Below, in pieces: positions 10,027-19,253 of a stretch of DNA of 58,656 nt. Positions within the stretch are counted from its first letter, which is position 1. Each line of letters opens with the position of its first letter. This stretch comes from Leisingera sp. (GTDB lineage: Bacteria > Pseudomonadota > Alphaproteobacteria > Rhodobacterales > Rhodobacteraceae), in contig NZ_JAXMOX010000001.1 in the NCBI RefSeq assembly GCF_034669605.1, positions 1 to 58,656 of the forward strand, given 5' to 3'. The position numbers were made by a program, and so were the translations under genes. The notes beneath the pieces are model-generated. The model had not been told where the DNA came from. It saw nothing but the letters and a program-made list of their open reading frames with translations, and searched no databases.

Positions 10027-11280
10027 ATGACTCAGATCACCGACGCCCTGTTGGACAAAATCCGCACCCGCTTTGCCCAAGTTGACACCTGCTCCCAACA
10101 GGGCAGCCGCATCTTTTTTGAAAACGCCGGCGGCGCGCTGACGCTGAACGCGGTGGTGGAAACCTCCGCCCGCTATGCCGCAATCCCTGACAACCAGGGC
10201 CGCAACAACCCCGGCAGCCACGAGCTGGTGCGGGTGATCACCAAGGCCAAGGACGATATGCGCGTTTTCATGAACGCCCCCGGCGGCCAGTTCTTTGCCG
10301 GTGAAAGCGGCACCGAGCTGTTGTTCCGCCTGATCATGAACGCCTGTCTCGGCTCGCCTGAGGGCGGCACCGTTCTGGGCTCTACGCTGGAGCATCCGGC
10401 GACCCGCTCCGCCTGTGCCCGCTGGGCCGGCGTGGCGCGGCAGAACCATGTGCTGATCCCGCATGACAACGCCACCGGCACCGTCACTGCAGAGGCCTAC
10501 GCCCGGGCGGTCACACCGGATACGGTTGTCGCGACCATTGTCCATACCTCCCCCGTGACGGGAATGGGCGTCGACCTTGCCGCCTGCGCCGCCGCCATCC
10601 GCGAAGTGGCGCCGGGCTGTCTGATCATCGTCGACGGCATCCAGCACGCCGCCCATGGCCGCATTGACCTGACCGCCTACGGCGCCGACGGCTATGTGAT
10701 CTCGCCCTACAAGATGTTCTCGCGCCACGGCTATGGGCTGGCCTGGATCTCGGACCGGCTGACCGGGCTGCCGCACAATTCGCTGATCGACGGGCCGGAG
10801 GACAATTGGGAAATGGGCACCCGCGACACCGGCAGCTATGCAACTCTCTCCGATGTGGCCGATTACCTGGAATGGCTCGGCGGCGAGGTCAGCGGTGCCA
10901 CGGACCGGCGCAAAAAATTCGTGGCTGCGGGGGAGGCAATCCATGCCCATGAAAAGGCACTGACCGATGCAATGATCCATGGCACCGGCAACCTGCCCGG
11001 CCTGGCGGAGATCGAGGGCGTCACCATTCTAGGCGGCGCAGATAACCCGGCGCGCGAAGGGCTGGTATCGCTTGCTGTTGATACTGTGCCGTCGGAGGAA
11101 GTTGTGAAGCGCCTGAACGAGCAGGGCATCCGCACCCACCTGCGCAAGGCGGATCACTACTCGGGCAATATCCTGACACCGCTCGGCATGGAGGCTTGCG
11201 TGCGCGTCTCCATGTGCCACTACAACAGCATCGGCGAAGTGGCAAAGTTCCTCGCCGTGATGAAAGAGATTGCAGGTTAG
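10027..11280 (+). CDS. Aminotransferase class V PLP enzyme (cysteine desulfurase-like, lacks the catalytic Cys)
   Basis: FENAGG, EHPA, DGIQH, SPYK (PLP Lys), VRVSMCHYN. Confidence 0.88.
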   Translation: MTQITDALLDKIRTRFAQVDTCSQQGSRIFFENAGGALTLNAVVETSARYAAIPDNQGRNNPGSHELVRVITKAKDDMRVFMNAPGGQFFAGESGTELLFRLIMNACLGSPEGGTVLGSTLEHPATRSACARWAGVARQNHVLIPHDNATGTVTAEAYARAVTPDTVVATIVHTSPVTGMGVDLAACAAAIREVAPGCLIIVDGIQHAAHGRIDLTAYGADGYVISPYKMFSRHGYGLAWISDRLTGLPHNSLIDGPEDNWEMGTRDTGSYATLSDVADYLEWLGGEVSGATDRRKKFVAAGEAIHAHEKALTDAMIHGTGNLPGLAEIEGVTILGGADNPAREGLVSLAVDTVPSEEVVKRLNEQGIRTHLRKADHYSGNILTPLGMEACVRVSMCHYNSIGEVAKFLAVMKEIAG

Positions 11281-11298
11281 TGTCTTCCAAATTTGCTG

Positions 11299-11361
11299 AG
11301 GGCAGCGCGCGACCCTGGGAAAGTGCAAAGCGCATTCCCGGGGAGGGCCAGGCGCAGCCGG
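11299..11361 (+). repeat. Structured intergenic repeat, family B copy 1
   Basis: Aligns with the reverse complement of 30519-30582; central hairpin gggaaagtgc-aaa-gcgcattccc. Confidence 0.6.
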
Positions 11362-11543
11362 GCTTCTCTTTCAGCAGGAAGTGCCCCGCACTCTGATGAC
11401 CCATCGAATCCGGGGCCATTGGGTTTGAATTCTTCACGGGTCATCCCATCCCCTCGCAGCTAGGGTCGCGACGACAGAATTGGCGGCTCTCCCCAGCCTG
11501 CGGGGCGGGCCGTGCCAGAGGCGCAGGTAAAGGAAACACAGGC

Positions 11544-13961
11544 ATGAAAACCCATGCACAGGCAGTTGTCATCGGCGGGGGCCTGGTCGGCTGCTCGATC
11601 CTCTACCACCTGGCCAAACTCGGCTGGAAAGACGTGGTGCTGCTGGAGCGCGACGAGCTGACCGCCGGCTCCACCTGGCACGCGGCGGCCAACATCCACG
11701 GGCTGCACGACAACAACAACGTGACCCGCGTCCAGCACTACACGATGAACCTGTATAAGGAGCTGGAGAAGGAAACCGGCCAGGGCTGCGGCGTGTTCCA
11801 GCCGGGTTCGCTGTATCTTGCCAAAACCGAACAGCGCGAGCATCAGCTGCGCCTGCAGGAGGCCAAGGCGAAATACTACGGGCTGAACTTCCACGAGGTC
11901 AGCCGCGAGCAGGCCAAGGAGCTGCACCCGCTGGCGCAGTTCGACGACATCCGCTGCATCATGTTTGAACCCGATGGCGGCAATGTGGACCCCTCCGGCG
12001 TCACCATGGCCTATGCGGCCGGCGCGCGCGCCATGGGGGCGCAGATCGAACGGTTCTGCCCGGTGATCGGCACCGAGCAGCAGCCCGATGGCACTTGGAT
12101 CGTGAAGACCGAAAAGGGCGACATCCATACACAATGGGTGGTGAACGCCGGCGGTCTCTGGGGCCGCGAAGTGGCGGCCATGGCGGGACTCACCCTGCCC
12201 TTGCAGCCCACCGAGCACCAGTATTTTGTGACCGAGAGCATTGACGAAGTGGCAAACATGGGTCGCCGCCTGCCCTCGATCGCCGACCGTGACGGCGAAT
12301 ACTATTTCCGCCAAGAGGGCAACGGCTTCCTGATCGGCGCCTATGAAAAGGACATGCGATTCTGGGCAGAAAACGGCACCCCGCTGGACTTTGCACATGA
12401 GCTGTTCCCCGACGATCTGGACCGGATCATGGAGAACGTGATCCGCGCCACCGAGCGGGTGCCTTGCGCCGAGACCGCAGGCGTCAAACGGGTTATCAAC
12501 GGCCCGATGATCTGGTCGCCGGATTCGAACGCCATCTGGGGCCCGGTGCCCGAGCTTAAGAACTACTTCTGCTGCACTGGCATCATCCCCGGCTTCTCGC
12601 AGTCCGGCGGCCTCGGCCTGCTGGCAGCCCAGTGGATGATCGAGGGCGAGCCGCAGTACGACATGTTCGCCTGGGATCTGGCGCGCTTTGGCGACTGGGC
12701 CGACAAGGCCTTCACCAAGGCCCGGGTCGAGGACCAATACGCGCACCGTTTCGCCATCCACTTCCCGAACGAGGAACGCAGCGCCGGCCGCCCGGCCCGG
12801 GTGCGCCCGGTGTATGAGCTGCAAAAGGAACTGGGCTGCGTATTCGGCCTGAACTGCGGCTGGGAACATCCTCTGTGGTTCTCCGGCACCCCCGGCACCC
12901 AGGACACCAACAGCTTCACCCGCCAGAACTGGTGGGAGCCGGTGGGCCGCGAGGTCAACATGCTGCGGGAAAATGTCGGCGTTATCGACATCTCCAACTT
13001 CGCCAACTACGTGATCAAGGGGCCGGGCGCCTTTGACTGGCTGGACAAGCTGGTCGCCAACAAGGTGCCCACTGAGGTCGGCCGCTCCTGCCTGACCCCG
13101 CTGATCTCGGTGCGCGGCGGCGTGGCTGGCGACTTCACCATCACCAAAGTGGCCGATGACGAGTACATGATGGTCGGCTCCGGCATGGCGGAACGCTACC
13201 ACCAGCGGTTCTTCAACATGGTGGAGCTGCCGGAAGGCACCACGTTTGAGGTCGCCACCAACCGCATTGCGGGATTCAACGTGGCCGGTCCAAAATCGCG
13301 CGGCATGCTGCAGCGGATGACTAATGCGGATCTATCGAACGAGGGTTTCCGCTTCATGCGCTCGCGCACCATCGACGTGGCAGGCGTGGAATGCCTGGCG
13401 GTCCGGGTGTCGTTCACCGGCGATCTGGGCTGGGAACTGCATTGCGCCGAGAAGGATCAGGTCAAGCTCTACGCCGCCCTCTTGGAGGCGGCGAAGGAGT
13501 TCGATGGCGGCCCTGTGGGCGGCCGTGCGCTCGCCAGCTTGCGGATCGAAAAGGGCTATGGCTCCTGGGGCCGCGAATACAGCCAGGAATACTGGCCGCA
13601 AGAGGTTGGCCTGGCCGGGCTCATCAAACTGGACAAGGACTTCCTTAACAAGGATGCGTATCTCAAGGTCAAGGACAACGCCCCGCGCGAAGTGCTGTCG
13701 GCGTTTGAGATCGACGCGGTCAACGATGCCGATGCCTCGGGCGGCGAGCCTATATTCACACCGGACGGCCAGCCGGTGGGCCGGGTCACCTCGGGCGCCT
13801 ATGGCTATTCGGTCGGCAAATCGCTGGCGCTGGGATATGCCAACCCGGCGGTTGGCAAGCCCGGCGATGAGGTCGAAGTCTACATCCTCGGCAAGCCGCA
13901 CAAGGCGCGAATCCTGGAAGCGGCCGCCTTCGACCCCTCGGGTGCGCGTCTGCGGGCTTAA
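11544..13961 (+). CDS. GcvT-family FAD-dependent oxidoreductase (dimethylglycine/sarcosine dehydrogenase-like)
   Basis: VVIGGGLVG, GSTWHAA (flavinylated His), NAGGLW, RVSFTGDLGWELH, LRIEKGY, VTSGAYG; aaggaa RBS. Confidence 0.93.
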   Translation: MKTHAQAVVIGGGLVGCSILYHLAKLGWKDVVLLERDELTAGSTWHAAANIHGLHDNNNVTRVQHYTMNLYKELEKETGQGCGVFQPGSLYLAKTEQREHQLRLQEAKAKYYGLNFHEVSREQAKELHPLAQFDDIRCIMFEPDGGNVDPSGVTMAYAAGARAMGAQIERFCPVIGTEQQPDGTWIVKTEKGDIHTQWVVNAGGLWGREVAAMAGLTLPLQPTEHQYFVTESIDEVANMGRRLPSIADRDGEYYFRQEGNGFLIGAYEKDMRFWAENGTPLDFAHELFPDDLDRIMENVIRATERVPCAETAGVKRVINGPMIWSPDSNAIWGPVPELKNYFCCTGIIPGFSQSGGLGLLAAQWMIEGEPQYDMFAWDLARFGDWADKAFTKARVEDQYAHRFAIHFPNEERSAGRPARVRPVYELQKELGCVFGLNCGWEHPLWFSGTPGTQDTNSFTRQNWWEPVGREVNMLRENVGVIDISNFANYVIKGPGAFDWLDKLVANKVPTEVGRSCLTPLISVRGGVAGDFTITKVADDEYMMVGSGMAERYHQRFFNMVELPEGTTFEVATNRIAGFNVAGPKSRGMLQRMTNADLSNEGFRFMRSRTIDVAGVECLAVRVSFTGDLGWELHCAEKDQVKLYAALLEAAKEFDGGPVGGRALASLRIEKGYGSWGREYSQEYWPQEVGLAGLIKLDKDFLNKDAYLKVKDNAPREVLSAFEIDAVNDADASGGEPIFTPDGQPVGRVTSGAYGYSVGKSLALGYANPAVGKPGDEVEVYILGKPHKARILEAAAFDPSGARLRA

Positions 13962-14081
13962 GGCATTCCGGCAATAAACCGGGTCACCATTTCTTGGTGG
14001 CCCGAATTGAAACGCGAAGGGCAGCGCCCGCAGACGGGAGGGACCAGCCTGCATTGTGTCGCAGCACACACGGCGGAAAAA

Positions 14082-14468
14082 TTAAATGGGCGCCATCCCG
14101 GCCGTCAGCCAAGCTGCAAATGCCACTTCATCCACATCGCCGGTGGCGAGGTTTTCCATCATCCGTACGCCCTCAACCGGGTCTGGACGGAACTGGTAGC
14201 CGTTCAACCTCAGGAAGGTGACAGCCGTCACAAAGGCCGTGCGCTTGTTGCCATCGACAAAGGCATGCGCCTTGGCAATGCCAAACGCATAAGCCGCGGC
14301 GACTTCCGCCACCTCTGCATCGGAATAGGCCGCAAGGTTCATCGCCCGCGCACAGCCCATCTCCAAGAGCGCCTTGTCGCGCATGCCTGCCGCGCCGCCG
14401 TGGCGGGCAATCTGCCGGTCATGAATGATGATAACCGCCGTCAGCGGCACCCAAATGTACTTGCTCAC
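14082..14468 (-). CDS. doc: Doc (death-on-curing) Fic-family toxin
   Basis: HAFVDGNKRTA Doc motif; 128 aa; GTGA overlap with the antitoxin. Confidence 0.93.
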   Translation of the reverse strand: MSKYIWVPLTAVIIIHDRQIARHGGAAGMRDKALLEMGCARAMNLAAYSDAEVAEVAAAYAFGIAKAHAFVDGNKRTAFVTAVTFLRLNGYQFRPDPVEGVRMMENLATGDVDEVAFAAWLTAGMAPI

Positions 14469-14689
14469 GCAAGCGCCTGCAGCAGATCGCGATTCTCATC
14501 CATCACGATCTCAGCCGCGGCCAGCGCCTCGGCCACCGAGGGGTCATGCGCCACCACCCTGAGGCTGCCGTCATCGCCGCGCACCACAAACAGCGTGTCG
14601 CCTTCCTTGGCGTCCAGCATGGTGAGCATCTCTGTCGTCAGGGTGATGACAGCAGAGTTCCCGACTTTTCTGATCTTGGTTTCAATCAT
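14465..14689 (-). CDS. AbrB/MazE-type antitoxin
   Basis: KIRKVGNSAVITL swapped-hairpin motif; ends ENRDLLQALA; directly upstream of doc. Confidence 0.9.
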   Translation of the reverse strand: MIETKIRKVGNSAVITLTTEMLTMLDAKEGDTLFVVRGDDGSLRVVAHDPSVAEALAAAEIVMDENRDLLQALA

Positions 14690-14701
14690 GGATGCGCCTT
14701 C

Positions 14702-14723
14702 CGTATATATGCATGTATATACG
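14702..14723. promoter_or_regulatory. Probable toxin-antitoxin autoregulatory operator
   Basis: cgtatata-N6-tatatacg perfect 8-bp inverted repeat just upstream of the antitoxin RBS. Confidence 0.7.
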
Positions 14724-14769
14724 CGCGGACGAACGGGAAATCAATGCGGCCCGCCGTTTCCGCCTGTCC

Positions 14770-15657
14770 TTACAACTCCATCTCCGCCGCCGCCTGCAGC
14801 AGCCAGGTCTTGAAATGCTTGACCGAGGGCGTCGCCGCCTTGTCCTTGAAGGTGGCGAAATAGGTCCAGGGGCAGTCGAGATCAAAGTCGAACGGCTCCA
14901 CCAGCCGCCCGGCCTCCACATGCGAACGCACCAGCGATTTCGGCAGCACCACACAGCCAAGCGCATTGACCGCGAACTCCAGCCCCATGTTGGACGAATT
15001 GGTCTGCAAGCCGCCCTTCAGCTCGATCCCGGACAGCCCGAAATGCTTGGCGGTCTTTTCCCAATAGACCGGGCGGCCCAGGATGTGGATCAGCTTGGCC
15101 TCCGCCAGCTGTTCCGGTCTGCTCAGCGGCTTGCCGGCTACCCGGAACTCCGGCGAGCAGACAAGCGCCAGCTTTTCATCCCATAGCTTGACCGCCGGCC
15201 CCATCACATCGTCGACATGGTTGATTGTGATCGAAATGTCCGAAACGTTGGTCTCGACATCGACCCAGATGGTGCTGTGAATGGTCAGATCGATATCCGG
15301 GTGTGCCTTGGTAAAATCCTTGATCACGTCGATCAGCCATTTCTCCGCCAGGCTGACCGGGCAGGAAATCACCACTTCCCGCTTGTGGCTTTGCGAGATC
15401 AATAGCTGGGTGGCACTGTCGATCTCCTGCAGCGCGTGCCGCACCGAGGGCAGATAGGCCTCGCCCACATCCGTCAGCGACAGCGACCGCGGGTGGCGCA
15501 CAAACAGCGGCCGGCCGATGAATTCCTCCAGGCTGCGCACATGGTTCGATACCGCCGACTGGGTGCAGTTCAGCTCATCCGCCGCCGAGGTGAAGCTGAG
15601 GTAGCGCGCCGCGGCCTCGAACGAGCGCAGGAATGTCAGATGAGGCAGGTTTTTCAT
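14770..15657 (-). CDS. LysR-family regulator (GcvA-like)
   Basis: MKNLPHLTFLRSFEAAARYLSFTSAADELNCTQSAVS; start trimmed to 15657. Confidence 0.9.
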   Translation of the reverse strand: MKNLPHLTFLRSFEAAARYLSFTSAADELNCTQSAVSNHVRSLEEFIGRPLFVRHPRSLSLTDVGEAYLPSVRHALQEIDSATQLLISQSHKREVVISCPVSLAEKWLIDVIKDFTKAHPDIDLTIHSTIWVDVETNVSDISITINHVDDVMGPAVKLWDEKLALVCSPEFRVAGKPLSRPEQLAEAKLIHILGRPVYWEKTAKHFGLSGIELKGGLQTNSSNMGLEFAVNALGCVVLPKSLVRSHVEAGRLVEPFDFDLDCPWTYFATFKDKAATPSVKHFKTWLLQAAAEMEL

Positions 15658-15866
15658 GGGACAGTCCGCTGGCGGTTTCGGGGCCATGATCCCATGCTTT
15701 GGAATGGGCTGCAATTCCCAGAAGTTAGCGCCACAGAGAGGTCAGAAAACGACGCCAAGCGCAGCATTCACGAAATATTCCGCGGCTTTGACCCCCTTTA
15801 ATTTGTGTGTCACCTGGCGCCATTGAGCCTAGCCTGTTGCGGAAACCGCCCTGGGAGAGAACCGCC

Positions 15867-17237
15867 ATGGCCGCCACATTCGACCGCGCCGCCGATTTCA
15901 TCTTCGGCCTTACCCCCGGCGGCCTGCCGGAAACCACCCGCCAGGCCGCGGCGCTGATGTTTCTCGACACCCTGGGGATCACCATCGGCGCCACCCCGAT
16001 GATGGCTGGCCGTATCGCCCGCGAAACCGCGGCGGCGCTCTATGGCTGCGGTGAGGAAGGCTTCGCTGCGCGGATGCTGTTCGACGGCCGCAAGGTAAGC
16101 GTGGCAGGTGCCGCCTATGCCGCCGCCACCGCGACCGACAATCTGGACGGCCATGACGGCTATTATCCGACCAAGGGCCATATCGGCGTGGTGGTGATCC
16201 CGGCAATTGCCGCACTGGCGGAAACCGTGCCGGATTTTTCGGGGCCTGAAGCGCTGGCCATCACCACGCTGGGCTATGAGCTGGCGGGCCGCGCCGCCCT
16301 GTCGCTGCACGCCACTGTCGGCGATTACCACACCTCGGGCGCCTGGAACGCGCTGGGGGTGGCGGCGATGGCGGCCCGGATGCGCGGCCTCAGCCGGACG
16401 CAATTGCGCGAGGCGCTGGGGATTGCCGAGTTCCACGGCCCGCGCAGCCAGATGATGCGCGAGATTGCCAACCCCTCAATGCTGCATGACGGCTCCGGCT
16501 GGGGTGCGATGGTTGGGATGTCGGCGGCGGTCTTGGCAGAGAAAGGTTTCACCGGGGCCCCGGCGATCACCCTTGAGGAAGACCGGGTGGCGGAACACTG
16601 GGATGACCTCGGCAGCTTCTGGCAGATGGAGCATCAGTATGTGAAACCCTACCCGATCTGCCGCTGGGCCCATGCCCCGATCGACGCGCTGCGGCAGGTG
16701 ATGCTGGACCACGGTCTTAGCCACGAAAAACTTGCCAGGATCCGCATCAACACCTTCCACGAAAGCGCCTGCCTCTACCCCGGCATGCCTTCGACCACCA
16801 GCCAGGCTCAGTATTCACTGGGCTTTGCGGTGGCGGTGCAGGCCGCCTATGGCCGCATCGGGGTCGAACATATCTCGGGCGAGGGTCTGGCCGACCCGCT
16901 GGTGGCCTCGATCCACAAGCGGATCTCAGTTGCCGAGGCGGCGCGCCATTCGGTGCGCTTTCCCGCCTGCCGGGTGGCTGATGTGGTGGTGACGCTGACC
17001 GACGGCCGGGTGATCGAATCCGGCGATGTGCATGCGCGCGGCGGCCCCGAGGCGCCATTCTCTAAGGAAGACGTGGTTCGCAAATTCATGGAGTTCGCGG
17101 CGCCTTCGCTGGGGGAAACGCGTGCCGGCGAAATCCGTGATGCAGTGCTGGGGTTCACCAGCGGAGACAGCAAATTCTCCGATCTCGGCCGTCTGATCTA
17201 CGACGCGCCTGAACATTTAGCCAGCAAGCTAACCTGA
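15867..17237 (+). CDS. MmgE/PrpD family protein
   Basis: LDTLG, LDGHDG, GHIG, YHTSG, VKPYPICRWAH, AQYSL, ARGGPE; ggagag RBS before ATG 15867. Confidence 0.9.
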   Translation: MAATFDRAADFIFGLTPGGLPETTRQAAALMFLDTLGITIGATPMMAGRIARETAAALYGCGEEGFAARMLFDGRKVSVAGAAYAAATATDNLDGHDGYYPTKGHIGVVVIPAIAALAETVPDFSGPEALAITTLGYELAGRAALSLHATVGDYHTSGAWNALGVAAMAARMRGLSRTQLREALGIAEFHGPRSQMMREIANPSMLHDGSGWGAMVGMSAAVLAEKGFTGAPAITLEEDRVAEHWDDLGSFWQMEHQYVKPYPICRWAHAPIDALRQVMLDHGLSHEKLARIRINTFHESACLYPGMPSTTSQAQYSLGFAVAVQAAYGRIGVEHISGEGLADPLVASIHKRISVAEAARHSVRFPACRVADVVVTLTDGRVIESGDVHARGGPEAPFSKEDVVRKFMEFAAPSLGETRAGEIRDAVLGFTSGDSKFSDLGRLIYDAPEHLASKLT

Positions 17238-17249
17238 AAGGCAAACGAT

Positions 17250-17450
17250 ATGGCACGCGACAGACCCGGCGGCGGACGCCGGACCAGATCAAGGAGGATC
17301 CCGGCGTCATCACCATCAACCCGGTGAACTCGCCGCGGCTGTTTGACGATGCGATGGGCGACGGGCTGATTGCGATGGAGGAATACGGCCAGCCGGTGAA
17401 GGTGACGCCTTCCACTCTGATGGGGGCGATGACACCGGTGACCCTGCCTG
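17250..17450 (+). pseudogene. Remnant of a trimethylamine-methyltransferase (MttB) family gene
   Basis: RBS plus MARDRPGGGR joined out of frame to PGVITINPVNSPRLFDDAMGDGLIAMEEYGQPVKVTPSTLMGAMTPVTL, a recognisable internal MttB segment; most of the gene is absent. Confidence 0.8.
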
Positions 17451-17458
17451 TGGTGCCG

Positions 17459-17498
17459 GCCCCTCGTGCTCCCCGGAGTATTTTAACCAGAACGAAGC
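17459..17498 (-). repeat. Dispersed intergenic repeat, family A
   Basis: Reverse complement gcttcgttctggttaaaatactccggggagcacgagggg matches 46688-46730. Confidence 0.7.
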
Positions 17499-17537
17499 CC
17501 CCTCCCAAACGGGCGCGGGCGGTGCAGAGCGGACCAA

Positions 17538-18425
17538 TCAGCGCGGTCCGAAATACTCTGCCAGATGGTCGATCAAAGCGCGGATCCGCGCTGTGAGATG
17601 GCGGCTGGACGGATAAACCGCGTAGAGCGTGATCGGATCGGTTTCCTGTGTTTCGAACAGCACTTGCAACCTGCCATCCTGCAGAAACGGCAGCGCGGTG
17701 TAATGCGGGCAGCGGGCAATCCCGAGGCCGCTGGCAGCCATATGGGCCACAGCACGCGGTGAATTGGCACGAAAAGTGCCGCCGACAATGACTGTCCGCT
17801 GCCGGTCCTTGCGGCCGAAGGTCCAGGCATCCGGCTGCGGCGAGGTCATCTGCAGCAGGCAGTTGCGGGCAGCCAGCGCTTCGGGTTCGGCAGGGGTTCC
17901 CTGCGCCGCCAGATAGGCCGGCGACGCCACCACCACCAGCCGCATGGCACAGAGCTTGCGCGCGATCAGTGTCGAATCCTTGAGAGCTCCGAAACGGACC
18001 GCCAGATCCACGCCCTCCTCCAGGATAGGCAGGTGGCGGTCGGACAGCAGCAGTTCAACCGCCACCTGAGGATGCATCTGCTGGAACGGCTGCAAGGCTT
18101 CGACCAGCTCCCGGCTGCCGAAGCCGGTAGGCGCAGTGATCCGGACCGGGCCGCCCAGCTCCTGCTGGCGCAGCTGCACCACGTCCTCCAGCTCGTCGAA
18201 CTGATCCAGCAGCGGCAGGCAGCGCTCCAGATAGGCGCGGCCCGTGTCGGTCAGCGTTACCTTGCGAGTGGTGCGGTTCAACAGCTGCGCACCCAGCTGT
18301 TCCTCCAGCCGGGCCACATATTTGCTGGCCAGTTTGGTGCTGATACCCAGCTGCAAGGCACCGCTGGTAAAGGAGCTTTGCGCCGCAACGGCCGCAAAGG
18401 TGCGCATGCAGGCCAATTTGTCCAT
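17538..18425 (-). CDS. LysR-family regulator (CrgA/DmlR type)
   Basis: MDKLACMRTFAAVAAQSSFTSGA...LLNRTTRKVTLTD; ATG 18425 with ggagag RBS. Confidence 0.9.
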   Translation of the reverse strand: MDKLACMRTFAAVAAQSSFTSGALQLGISTKLASKYVARLEEQLGAQLLNRTTRKVTLTDTGRAYLERCLPLLDQFDELEDVVQLRQQELGGPVRITAPTGFGSRELVEALQPFQQMHPQVAVELLLSDRHLPILEEGVDLAVRFGALKDSTLIARKLCAMRLVVVASPAYLAAQGTPAEPEALAARNCLLQMTSPQPDAWTFGRKDRQRTVIVGGTFRANSPRAVAHMAASGLGIARCPHYTALPFLQDGRLQVLFETQETDPITLYAVYPSSRHLTARIRALIDHLAEYFGPR

Positions 18426-18569
18426 CGTGTCTCTCCCGGCGCCTTTATTTATGAACACTGCATACACAATCAATCGCCGAAAAGGAATATTATCGCCCTT
18501 GCGCGCCGCCGCTATCTTGCCCGTGTTATCAATAACCCACGGCACATGCCGCACAGAAGGATCCCAGTC

Positions 18570-19190
18570 ATGCCGCATTCCATCCGCATTCACAGCTTCC
18601 CCCTCTCCGGTCACTCCCATCGGGTAGAGCTGTTCGCCAGCCTTGCCGGCATCGCCCATGAGGTGATCAACGTCGACCTTGCAGGCGGTGAACACAAACA
18701 GCCCGCGTTTCTGACGCTGAATCCCGCAGGCCAGGTTCCGGTGATCGAGGATGGCGAAACCGTCTTGTCCGATTCCAACGCCATTCTGGTCTATCTCGCC
18801 CGCAAATACGCGCCGTCCTGGCTGCCATCCGATCCGGTTCTGGAAGCGGAAGTGCAGAAGTTCCTGACCCTGGCGGCGGGCGACATTGCCTTTGGCCCGG
18901 CAGCCGCGCGGCTGATCACCGTCTTCAACGCGCCGCTGGACGCGGAGTTCTGCGCCACCGTCGCCGCGCGTGTGCTGGGCAGGATCGATGCCCATATGGA
19001 GGGCCGCGGCTTCCTGGCCGGCGACACCCCCACAATCGCCGATGTGGCGGTCTACTCCTATCTGGCCCACGCGCCCGAGGGCGGAATCCCGTTGGAGCCC
19101 TACCCGAATGTGCGTGCCCTTCTGGCCCGCATCGAAGGCCTGGAGGGCTTCAAGCCGATGCCCGCCACCAAGGCTGGCCTGGCGGCCTGA
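18570..19190 (+). CDS. Glutathione S-transferase family
   Basis: LSGHSHRV, LNPAGQVPVIED, DSNAILVYLA, PTIADVA. Confidence 0.92.
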   Translation: MPHSIRIHSFPLSGHSHRVELFASLAGIAHEVINVDLAGGEHKQPAFLTLNPAGQVPVIEDGETVLSDSNAILVYLARKYAPSWLPSDPVLEAEVQKFLTLAAGDIAFGPAAARLITVFNAPLDAEFCATVAARVLGRIDAHMEGRGFLAGDTPTIADVAVYSYLAHAPEGGIPLEPYPNVRALLARIEGLEGFKPMPATKAGLAA

Positions 19191-19253
19191 CCCCTTGCGC
19201 GGCGGCTGCTCTGACGGCCGTCGCCTCTCTCCTTCAGACAACAGGAGGTTTCC

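Noticed and set aside
11362-11543. Glycine or THF riboswitch upstream of the GcvT-family gene
   Set aside because: I could not find the conserved aptamer motifs; an Rfam scan would settle it
11460-13202. Long antisense ORFs (also 2172-3659, 22016-23470, 23467-25074, 28796-30589, 31818-33491, 41819-43483)
   Set aside because: Shadow frames of well-supported genes in high-GC DNA; no recognisable motifs
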